Shown piece after piece: positions 6,130 through 13,071 of a stretch of DNA of 13,071 nucleotides. Position 1 is the first letter of the stretch, and every line of letters starts with the position of its first letter. Under the pieces are notes generated by a model, which was not told the DNA's origin, ran no database searches, and saw only the letters and a program-made list of their open reading frames with translations. Source of the stretch: Gemmatimonadota bacterium (GTDB taxonomy: Bacteria; Gemmatimonadota; Gemmatimonadetes; Palauibacterales; KS3-K002); NCBI GenBank assembly GCA_039586795.1, contig JBDHJS010000072.1:1-13071 (forward strand). Direction: 5' to 3'. The position numbers and the translations under genes were made by a program.

Positions 6130-8037
6130 TCAGCGTAGACCAGCAAAGAAAGCGCCCACATCCCCAAAGACCTGCGGGTTGACCTCGTAGTAGCGGTTCT
6201 TCGAATACCGACCCGTGGTGGGATAGTGAGGGGGCGGGCAGAACCGTGCGTTCGAGTCGTAGGCGTAGCGCTTGATGTACCCTTCGCCGCTCGTCAGTCC
6301 CACGGCTCCCCTCACATCCTGTATGAGGCCGCCCGTCAGGTAGAGGCAGCCGCGACCGCTGGCCGTACCTTCGCAGAGCTCCGACGCACGGGGGCCGCTC
6401 CAGTAGTTCTCCACCGTGAAGCTCGTGTTCAACGCCAGGATGATGCCGTCGATGAACTCGGACGCCGTCTCATCATAAGTGCGCCGCGAAGCGAGCCCCG
6501 GGAAACGCTGCGGTGTATTCAGGTTGTTATCGGAGACGTAGAAGTTGTTGGCCGTGAGGAACCCGGCGATATCGTTGCACTTGTCTGAGTTGGCTGGGAC
6601 GGAGTACCTGAAATCGTCGAGCAGCACGATGTTGTTGTTGCTGGCGACGGTAACACGACCGTTCAGCACGCCGCTCACACCGATCAGCCCGTCGAAGAAC
6701 AGAACGCCGCGGAACTCCGGGTTGTAGTCGCGGCTCAGCACAAACAAGTAGTCGGCGTCATCCCGGGCGGCCAGCGCAGCGGGCAGCGTCATCGCCGGTG
6801 CGTAGTCTTCACGACGCAGCCATCCCGAGTCGCTGTTCGCGCCGTTCCACGGATCGAGCGTCCGACCATCCATCCCGAGGCGCGGGTCACCACCCAGATA
6901 GCAACGGGAGGTCGGCTGAGCCGCCGCTCGTTCGTATACCTCCGACCAGTTCGTCCCCTGTCCGTGTCTTAGCGGAGCCCAGTTCTTCCAGTTGTCCACA
7001 TCGCCGCCATACGCCCCAACGTACCCTTCGTTTAAGTAGAGCTGGCGGTGATTCCATGCTGAGATAAACGTAGGTTCCCCGGTCGTCGGATGATTGTGCA
7101 CATCCCCGCAGTTCTGTATCCATGTGTCCGTTCCTTTGGCGGCCAGCCAGGCGGGAGTAGGTGATCGGAACACCCTGAAGAAGCCTTCATCTTCATCTAT
7201 TTCATCTCCGTCGCCATTAACATCGATGGCGACGAACTCGACTCTCATTTCAACGGCATCAGGCCCTCCGGTGGAAGGCGTCAAGAAATTCGTGGACCCT
7301 GCGGTCGCCAACGCTTCTATGCGAGCCATGTCCGTGTTGTCGGGCATCGGAATGGTGTCGACGAACTCTTGGTAGCCCTCTCTGAACTCCCCGTGATCCG
7401 GGTAGAGGATGTCTCGGCCGGTCGTCACATCAGCATGGAAGGTCGCCCCCGACGAGTGGATCTTGATCTGGTCGTTGGAGTGCACGGGACCGAACAACTG
7501 ATCGCCGCCGGCAAACCAGATATTGCCACCCTCGTTGTCGGTGAAGTAGGCGAACTTCGCGAAGCTCTCCTCGGTCACCTCGAGTCGAACGATCGCCATC
7601 GCCCCGCGCCCCTTAGCGACTCCGACAACGCTGGCGAAGTTGCCCGTACGGCCGGTCGCCGAACCGCTGCGGCCAGTGTAGATGTCGAATGTGAAACCAT
7701 CGATCGGCTGGCCGGAAGCGTCGGCGGGGATGAGACTCTGCTCGAGGGCCTTGTAGCCAGTATCGGGGAGAGCCGTCTCGTCTCGGTTAAGTCGACTCAA
7801 CCCCATCTCCGCCGCCATCCCGGCCATGTACTTGAGATCGACTTGTGCCTTCGAGTAGATCCGCAGGCGTAGCTCGGTGCCGCTGACGATGACGGCGCCG
7901 GCGCTGACCGCCACGAGGGCGACCAGTAAGACGAGCGTGAAGAAGAGAGCGGCTCCGCGCTCTTCACGCAGCGTCTTCCAGCCATCCTTATTCCCGTACC
8001 ATCTGCTCATCGAAGTCACCTGTCGCGCCGTTCTCAA
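6130..8037 (-). CDS. Large PilX/GspK-type minor pilin with a DUF4900/ComZ-like C-terminal domain
   Basis: Prepilin site EERG|AALFFTLVLLVALVAVSAGAV with no Glu5 (PilX/GspK trait); then SFAKFAYFTDNE...FGPVHSND and the C-terminal GGLIQDVRGAVG...GYIKRYAYD...PPPHYP, which I recognise as DUF4900-like. Start is TTG 8037 (TTGA overlap) or ATG 8010. Confidence 0.78.
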   Translation of the reverse strand: MRTARQVTSMSRWYGNKDGWKTLREERGAALFFTLVLLVALVAVSAGAVIVSGTELRLRIYSKAQVDLKYMAGMAAEMGLSRLNRDETALPDTGYKALEQSLIPADASGQPIDGFTFDIYTGRSGSATGRTGNFASVVGVAKGRGAMAIVRLEVTEESFAKFAYFTDNEGGNIWFAGGDQLFGPVHSNDQIKIHSSGATFHADVTTGRDILYPDHGEFREGYQEFVDTIPMPDNTDMARIEALATAGSTNFLTPSTGGPDAVEMRVEFVAIDVNGDGDEIDEDEGFFRVFRSPTPAWLAAKGTDTWIQNCGDVHNHPTTGEPTFISAWNHRQLYLNEGYVGAYGGDVDNWKNWAPLRHGQGTNWSEVYERAAAQPTSRCYLGGDPRLGMDGRTLDPWNGANSDSGWLRREDYAPAMTLPAALAARDDADYLFVLSRDYNPEFRGVLFFDGLIGVSGVLNGRVTVASNNNIVLLDDFRYSVPANSDKCNDIAGFLTANNFYVSDNNLNTPQRFPGLASRRTYDETASEFIDGIILALNTSFTVENYWSGPRASELCEGTASGRGCLYLTGGLIQDVRGAVGLTSGEGYIKRYAYDSNARFCPPPHYPTTGRYSKNRYYEVNPQVFGDVGAFFAGLR

Positions 8038-9209
8038 GGTGTCGATACGGTGACGGCCGCCGATCGCGTCATCCCCGACATCGCTGGCGTACAGTCAGTG
8101 GCGACCAGGCCATATACGTAGCTCAGGCCTAGCTCGACATCGCTATCCATGTATATGTAGCTGGTCACATCAGGGTCTGGGGGTAGCGATGCGATGGGCT
8201 TCTCCATCGTGGTTCCTACCAACTTCCGGTACAGCGTGTACTGTTGCACGTCCATTTCGCCGGCCGTCTCGTCGATGGCGGGCGGCCAGGTCACGCGCAC
8301 CGTTGGAGGATTGAGCGCTACGACGGTGGCAGCCGGGGTCACGCCGAGCTGGGGCACGCCACCGCAAGCGGCGTTGCGGATCAGGCCGGCGTTATTGAGC
8401 GCCACGCCCATGGCGTAGCTCCGTTCGACGCTCTCGCCATAGCGTCGTCCGCGCACGTTCACAGTGAAAGCGATCTCGACTAGCTTGATGCTGTCCGCCA
8501 ACGCCGAGCGACTCGTGTCCGCCTGCGATTCATGTATCGCGGCTTCGTGCCAGACCGTCTGACCCGGCATATCGTTCAGTTTACCCTCAGCATCCACGAC
8601 CTGGTACGTGAAGAAGTCACGGTCGCCGATCCTGGTCAGGCCGCGCAGTAATGTGTCGCCAGGCAAGTTGTTCGTCGCGCGGACCAGGCTATAGCTATCA
8701 TCGCCGCTCGCGACGAACGAAAAACGCACTGTCTCGGCGGGGCCTGAGGTCTGGCCGGGCCCGTACCACGCCTGGGGGTAGGTCTGTCCGTTGGGGAGAA
8801 TCATCGAAGCGGAGTCGGGCCCCTCGGTCTCGGAGGGAGGTGCGTTGGGTAGCTGATACATCGCAACGCGGTCGCCGGGCGTGGCCGAGCCGAGGTCGGC
8901 GCTGAACACGAAGTCATCGGGCCCGGCGAACACGACCAGCGGCTGCGCGTCCGGAATACCGGCGCCGGCCAGACTGATTTCGCGACGCATGAGCTCGAAC
9001 GCGAACCGCGAACGCTGCACCGCTTCGATTCTCACACCGGCAAGTCGGGACGTCTTGAGCTGAGTCATGAAGAAGGTGAGCATCGAGCCGGCCACGACGC
9101 CGCCGAGCGTCAGCGCAACCAACAGTTCGGCGAGCGTGAATCCTCGACTCACGACCCTTGGGGACCGAACGTAGCCTGCCGCTCTTCGCATGTCTGGCTC
9201 TCTTCTCAC
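8034..9209 (-). CDS. PilW/GspJ-type minor pilin with a C-terminal fibronectin type III-like domain
   Basis: Class III signal SRG|FTLAELLVALTLGGVVAGSML and AVQRSRFAFELMRREISLAGAG (PilW-like helix); tail VRVTWPP...YTLYRK...YIYMDSDVELGLSYVYGLVATD is FN3-like. Start is GTG 9209 (GTGA overlap) or ATG 9191. Confidence 0.82.
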   Translation of the reverse strand: MRREPDMRRAAGYVRSPRVVSRGFTLAELLVALTLGGVVAGSMLTFFMTQLKTSRLAGVRIEAVQRSRFAFELMRREISLAGAGIPDAQPLVVFAGPDDFVFSADLGSATPGDRVAMYQLPNAPPSETEGPDSASMILPNGQTYPQAWYGPGQTSGPAETVRFSFVASGDDSYSLVRATNNLPGDTLLRGLTRIGDRDFFTYQVVDAEGKLNDMPGQTVWHEAAIHESQADTSRSALADSIKLVEIAFTVNVRGRRYGESVERSYAMGVALNNAGLIRNAACGGVPQLGVTPAATVVALNPPTVRVTWPPAIDETAGEMDVQQYTLYRKLVGTTMEKPIASLPPDPDVTSYIYMDSDVELGLSYVYGLVATDCTPAMSGMTRSAAVTVSTP

Positions 9210-9613
9210 TCTGCGATCGCCGTACTTACGCTGACTGGATCGATCGCGGCGGGCGACTCGACAATCACCGTGATGAGCTTGTAGCCGTAAAGCGCCTCGG
9301 CGCTTTCGCCGACGATCTTCACGTCAACAGAACGGGTGAACTGGGGCGCTTCCGGTACCGGGGCTGCCGTGATCGCGGCGACCTCATCGTACGGTAGCAG
9401 TCTGACTCTCTCCATCTCCTGCAGCGCGTACTCGTTCGCCAGCGCCCGGGCCTCAGAGACGCCGACCTGGTGAACGAAACCGACGATCGTACGTCCGCCG
9501 ACCAGCATCGCGGTGGCGAATAACACCAGCGCGACAAGCACTTCCAGCAGCGTCAGACCGTCGGTCCCGGAAAGGACTCGCAGTCGACTAATTGTGGTCC
9601 CAGTCCGATCCAT
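9206..9613 (-). CDS. PilV/GspI-type minor pilin
   Basis: DG|LTLLEVLVALVLFATAMLVGG with Glu5; ALANEYALQEMERVR helix; 135 aa. Confidence 0.85.
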   Translation of the reverse strand: MDRTGTTISRLRVLSGTDGLTLLEVLVALVLFATAMLVGGRTIVGFVHQVGVSEARALANEYALQEMERVRLLPYDEVAAITAAPVPEAPQFTRSVDVKIVGESAEALYGYKLITVIVESPAAIDPVSVSTAIAE

Positions 9614-10136
9614 TGTAGCTAAGCATCTCCGCGTGGCCCGTCGCTCGGCTGATCACCACCACCCGAGCCTTCTCCAAGCCGGAGCGACCGACGTAGATGG
9701 CGCCTTCGTCCGATGCCGACCCGTTCCGCAGGAAGGTGACGGAACCCTCCGGGAACGTGATCGATCCCGTGAACCCGCCGTAGGCCGGAGCCGTGCCGCG
9801 TACGAACTCGGCATTACCGTCCAGCCCGTGCCGCAAGAACCGCTCGCCCGCGTCGGCAACGCCGTCGCTGTTCACGTCCTCGTGGATTGTCATCTCACGT
9901 TTGGCAGCGTCGAAGGTGAGTATCACGTCGTGCTGGTTCAGCACGGCCAGAGCGCGCGCCGCTCTCGCCAGTTGTACCACTTGCTGGCCCGCCGCGTCGA
10001 GCCGCCAGGACGAGCTGTCGACCCGTCTAACCCCCATGGCAAACGTGAGGGCGATGACCGTCAGCGCGATCACCATCTCGACGCTAGAGAAACCTGCCCT
10101 ATTCCGGTGCGTTTGCGGTCGCATCGTCGTTCGCAT
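9588..10136 (-). CDS. FimT/GspH-type minor pilin
   Basis: RAG|FSSVEMVIALTVIALTFAMGV, LDAAGQQVVQLARAARALAV, DVNSDGVADAGE, VTFLRNGSA and VVVISRATGH. ATG 10136 is preferred over the ORF-track start at 10163. Confidence 0.85.
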   Translation of the reverse strand: MRTTMRPQTHRNRAGFSSVEMVIALTVIALTFAMGVRRVDSSSWRLDAAGQQVVQLARAARALAVLNQHDVILTFDAAKREMTIHEDVNSDGVADAGERFLRHGLDGNAEFVRGTAPAYGGFTGSITFPEGSVTFLRNGSASDEGAIYVGRSGLEKARVVVISRATGHAEMLSYNGSDWDHN

Positions 10137-10253
10137 GGTTCTTGTCCCTATTGACACGCCCACCGGCTCCCGCGTCCCAAACTCGCGGACGCTTGGAAGA
10201 GCGGACAGGGACTCTGATGATTGCTTGTTTATGGGCCTTCCGTACCCGATAGG

Positions 10254-10270
10254 GGCAACTGCTATGCCGG
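10254..10270 (-). promoter_or_regulatory. Sigma54 (-24/-12) promoter for the minor-pilin operon
   Basis: Minus strand CCGGCATAGCAGTTGCC = GG-N10-GC with GGCA and TTGC cores, about 120 bp upstream of the first pilin. Confidence 0.75.
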
Positions 10271-10425
10271 GATTAGACCCATCGACCTATCTAAAACTCG
10301 ATCAATAGGTTCCGTCGCCGCGATGGTCCGGAAGGGGCCCAGGTTCGGTCATACTGCCCGGCCGAAAAGCGAAAGCTTTGCATGTATCGGTGAAAACTTG
10401 TACTCAGGCAGGGCCCGTGCCGCGC

Positions 10426-11187
10426 CTAGCTTTCCGGCTCCAGGCCTTTGCGGATCATGAAGTTCCGGACCTCGTAGGCCATCGCCTTGAGCAGCGCCGT
10501 CTCCCGGTCGTCGAGGTCGGCGCGGACCGCGATATCACGCAGAGTGCGAAGGATCGGAACGGTTTGTGGCGCTTTGAAGAACTCGATAGCGTTCAGAGAC
10601 TTTTCGACCTCGATGAAGAGGTCCTCCAGTTCCTGACGCGTGGCCGGACTGGCGGAACGGCGAGGCGGCTTGAAAGGCTCTGCGGCATCCGCCGCCACGA
10701 AGATCTCGTAAGCCAGAACGAGAACGGACTGCGCCAGATTGATGCTCGAGCTCTCGGCATCGGTGGGAATGACGACGACCCGGTCACACCGGTCGAGCTC
10801 TTCGTTGCTCAGCCCGCGGTCCTCGCGGCCGAAGACGATTGCCACTTGCTGTCCGGAACCTGCGGCTTCGATCACCTCTCGCGCTTCCTCGCGTGGGCGC
10901 CGGTAGTTCCTGCGCGCGGCGCGACCGCGAGCCGTGGTGCCGACGACCAGGTGAGCGTGGCCGATCGCATCGGTGAGGCTCTCGAAGAAGTTCGCCGACG
11001 TGATGATGTCTCTGCCCGTGTGTGCCACACCCTCTATTCGATAGGCATCGAAATCGTCCGGTCTCACCAGGTGAAGGCGACCGAGCCCCATGTTCTTCAT
11101 CGCCCGAACCACGGCGCCGATGTTGACCGGATCTTTGGGCTCGTTCAGCACGACGGTTATTCGATCGAGCACTTGCGGTGAGTCCAT
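10426..11187 (-). CDS. trmJ: SPOUT-class RNA 2'-O-methyltransferase, TrmJ/LasT family
   Basis: [50 protein letters not shown] and [12 protein letters not shown] 11187 is preferred, probably leaderless. Confidence 0.88.
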   Translation of the reverse strand: MDSPQVLDRITVVLNEPKDPVNIGAVVRAMKNMGLGRLHLVRPDDFDAYRIEGVAHTGRDIITSANFFESLTDAIGHAHLVVGTTARGRAARRNYRRPREEAREVIEAAGSGQQVAIVFGREDRGLSNEELDRCDRVVVIPTDAESSSINLAQSVLVLAYEIFVAADAAEPFKPPRRSASPATRQELEDLFIEVEKSLNAIEFFKAPQTVPILRTLRDIAVRADLDDRETALLKAMAYEVRNFMIRKGLEPES

Positions 11188-11206
11188 GTGGGGATTATAC
11201 GGCATC

Positions 11207-11262
11207 GGTGGTGGTGGGTGGTAGGTGGTAGGGGGTTGGGATTGGGGGTTGGGGGTGGGGTG
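11207..11262 (+). repeat. G-rich imperfect ~7-bp tandem repeat / G-quadruplex-compatible tract
   Basis: GGTGGTGGTGGGTGGTAGGTGGTAGGGGGTTGGGATTGGGGGTTGGGGGTGGGGTG; contains no C. Confidence 0.75.
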
Positions 11263-11282
11263 ACTCTTTGAGGAGCGAAACT

Positions 11283-11558
11283 GTGGCGAATGCTATCGTA
11301 TGTACTCGGTGCGGTGAGGAGCGCGACCCGTTGGGGGCAGCGCCTTTTCCAGACGAGTTAGGTGAGCGGATCCTTCGAGGGATTTGCCAGGTCTGTTGGG
11401 ACCTCTGGCTTCAGAAGCAGATGCAGCTGATCAACCACTTTGCCCTGGATGTCCGTACGCCGCAGGCGCGCGACTTTCTTCGCAGGAACGTGGAGGCGTT
11501 TCTGTTCGAGCACGGAGAGGGCGACGAGATCGATACGAACCAGTACGGCAAACTCTAG
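11283..11558 (+). CDS. yggX: YggX-family Fe(II)-trafficking / oxidative-damage protection protein (4-Cys variant)
   Basis: CTRCG...PFPDELGERILRGICQVCWDLWLQKQMQLINHFALD...ARDFLRRNVEAFLF matches the YggX pattern; GAGGAG RBS precedes GTG 11283. Confidence 0.88.
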   Translation: MANAIVCTRCGEERDPLGAAPFPDELGERILRGICQVCWDLWLQKQMQLINHFALDVRTPQARDFLRRNVEAFLFEHGEGDEIDTNQYGKL

Positions 11559-12349
11559 TCCACAATAGAGAAGAGCGGAGCACCGAACCGTGTTGTTCCG
11601 TAGTTCGCGATGATCTGCCGCCCTTCTTCAGACACCAACCAGTTTGCGAACGTCCGGCTGCCCTCCAGCTCCCTGGGCTCCGCAACGATGATCAAGCTGT
11701 AGACGTTTCGCAGATGCGGGTCGCCTTCCAGAAGAACCTCCAAATCGAGTGACTCGGCGAGATTCGTGAACGTTGCGCGATCGCATAGCGTATACGCGCC
11801 AAGCTCCGATGCGGCCCGGAGAACGGCTCCCATCCCTCCGCCCAGCTCGCGATAGCCGGTCCCGCCGGGTGAGCTTCCGGTGGTTTCCCATAGCTCGATC
11901 TCTTTCCGGTGCGTGCCGGAGTCGTCGCCGCGTGAAAGGAACTTCGCCGCCGATTCGGCGACTTGGGTGAGAGCAGCGGCCGCGTTCGCCGCACCCCGAA
12001 CCGCAGCTGGATCCGAGCTCGGTCCGACGATGATGAAGTCGTTCTGCATCACCGGTACTCGTTCCAGTCCATAGCCAGCTTCCATGAATTCCCGCTCCGC
12101 GACGGGCGAATGGGCGAGCAGCAGGTCGATGTCGCCGCCGGCCCCAATGGCGAGAAGCTCGCCGCTGCCCGCAGCAACGTACCTCAGCCGCAGCTCAGGG
12201 TGCGCCAGTTGGAATGCCGGGAGCAGCTCGTCGAGCAAGCCCGAGTCCTGGATGGTGGTTGGGATACCGAGGCTGACGGTGGGCCGGAGATCTCCTCGGC
12301 AGCCGAGAGTGAGGGCGGCTAGTAGCAGGGCGCAGAGTCTGGTGGCCAT
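11555..12349 (-). CDS. tupA: TupA-like tungstate/oxyanion ABC substrate-binding lipoprotein
   Basis: Lipobox LTLG|C; DSGLLDELLPAF, GDIDLLLAHSP, NDFIIVGPSSDPA, FLSRGDDSGTHRKE, GMGAVL and YTLCDRATF. Confidence 0.85.
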   Translation of the reverse strand: MATRLCALLLAALTLGCRGDLRPTVSLGIPTTIQDSGLLDELLPAFQLAHPELRLRYVAAGSGELLAIGAGGDIDLLLAHSPVAEREFMEAGYGLERVPVMQNDFIIVGPSSDPAAVRGAANAAAALTQVAESAAKFLSRGDDSGTHRKEIELWETTGSSPGGTGYRELGGGMGAVLRAASELGAYTLCDRATFTNLAESLDLEVLLEGDPHLRNVYSLIIVAEPRELEGSRTFANWLVSEEGRQIIANYGTTRFGAPLFSIVD

Positions 12350-12363
12350 GGGGACTAATCTAT

Positions 12364-12403
12364 GGGATTCGGGGATTTGGGGAGTACGAGATTCGGGGGT
12401 TGA
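12364..12403 (+). repeat. Five imperfect 8-bp G-rich tandem units
   Basis: GGGATTCG GGGATTTG GGGAGTAC GAGATTCG GGGGTTGA. Confidence 0.7.
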
Positions 12404-12487
12404 ACAAGGCGCGTCTCGTTTGCCGTGTAGGGTGGTTTGCCCCAGTATGATCCTGTCGATTGTGAGCTATCAACGTACGGGAGAATA

Positions 12488-12763
12488 ATGCATATGAGTG
12501 GAGCAGCTGCAGCCGCCATCGCGCAGGCGGTCAAGGCATCGGGCGCCATCGTCCGCATGGAGCCAAGCGACTTTTCGAGGATCGTGGGGCGGGCGGAAGA
12601 CCCGGTCGTGGTGCTTGCGATCAGCAAGGTCTTCGGGCGTACGAGCTACAAGTACCTCACTAGCTATCGGGGTCTGGCCTTCTACACCAAGTCTCCATCT
12701 CAACTTCCTTTGGGAAGTGGGGCTGAACTGGTGCACGCCAAGACCATCTGGATACCAGGCTAA
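12488..12763 (+). CDS. Small hypothetical protein (about 90 aa)
   Basis: GGAGAATA precedes ATG 12488 (alternative ATG 12494); MSGAAAAAIAQAVKASGAIVRMEP...YKYLTSYRGLAFYTKS...AKTIWIPG looks like a real globular protein; 22 bp to the next gene. Confidence 0.75.
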   Translation: MHMSGAAAAAIAQAVKASGAIVRMEPSDFSRIVGRAEDPVVVLAISKVFGRTSYKYLTSYRGLAFYTKSPSQLPLGSGAELVHAKTIWIPG

Positions 12764-12785
12764 GCCAGAGCCAAAAGGACGGAAG

Positions 12786-13071
12786 ATGGAATTCCGCAGG
12801 ACGTTCTCCGGAGCCATGTGGGAGTCCCGCGTCGGATACTGTCGGGCGCTGCGATCGGGCGATCACATCTACGTGACGGGAACGGCGCCCGTGGCCGAAG
12901 GCGGTGGTGTGCACGCGCCGGGCGACGCATACGAACAGGCCAAGCGCTGTTTCCAAATCATCGCCACCGCTTTGAAGGACCTCGGCGCCGATCCGACGTG
13001 CGTCGTCCGCACCCGCATGTTCGTCACCGACATCAGCCGCTGGGAGGAATATGGTCGCGCCCACCGCGAGT
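12786..13071 (+). CDS. RidA/YjgF/UK114 (Rid) family protein, 3'-truncated by the window
   Basis: Not in the ORF track. Manual translation: MEFRRTFSGAMWESRVGYCRALRSGDHIYVTGTAP...GDAYEQAKRCFQII...VVRTRMFVTDISRWEEYGRAHRE; AAGGA/GGAAG upstream. Confidence 0.92.
   Translation, partial: MEFRRTFSGAMWESRVGYCRALRSGDHIYVTGTAPVAEGGGVHAPGDAYEQAKRCFQIIATALKDLGADPTCVVRTRMFVTDISRWEEYGRAHRE

Noticed and set aside
9513..10308. Plus-strand ORFs of 213 and 171 aa
   Set aside because: Antisense to pilin genes with valid prepilin signals.
10378..11181. 267-aa plus-strand ORF
   Set aside because: Antisense shadow of trmJ.
11207..12403. G-rich repeats as CRISPR or mobile-element ends
   Set aside because: Units are 7-8 bp with no spacers; no cas, transposase or integrase genes and no target-site duplication.
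12420..12451. Plus-strand TTGCCG...TATGAT promoter
   Set aside because: The 20-bp spacer is too long; only the -10 box is plausible.
12660..13064. 134-aa minus-strand ORF
   Set aside because: Antisense to the Rid-family gene starting at 12786.

Overview
A GC-rich bacterial chromosomal window; the gene content is compatible with a Gemmatimonadota-like or other diderm environmental lineage, but this is inference only. From left to right: (1) a minus-strand rex–cbiX/sirB–cobA tetrapyrrole operon, with a sigma70-type promoter bracketed by two similar Rex-like boxes and a divergent Rex carrying a CxxC motif; (2) a minus-strand block of ECF sigma factor, zinc-less 2-TM anti-sigma, YbjQ and a secreted two-domain alpha/beta hydrolase, divergent from a CPBP intramembrane protease; (3) a self-contained four-gene minor-pilin operon (FimT/GspH-like, PilV-like, PilW-like with an FN3 tail, and a large PilX/ComZ-like DUF4900-type protein) with a sigma54 promoter and an intrinsic terminator; (4) a TrmJ/LasT RNA methyltransferase, a 4-Cys YggX, an orphan variant TupA-like lipoprotein, a small conserved hypothetical protein and a truncated Rid-family gene. 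Two divergent intergenic regions share an architecture: a probably leaderless minus-strand gene behind a G-rich short-period repeat. No RNA genes, CRISPR arrays or mobile elements were seen. All family calls come from motif recognition by eye, not from database searches.
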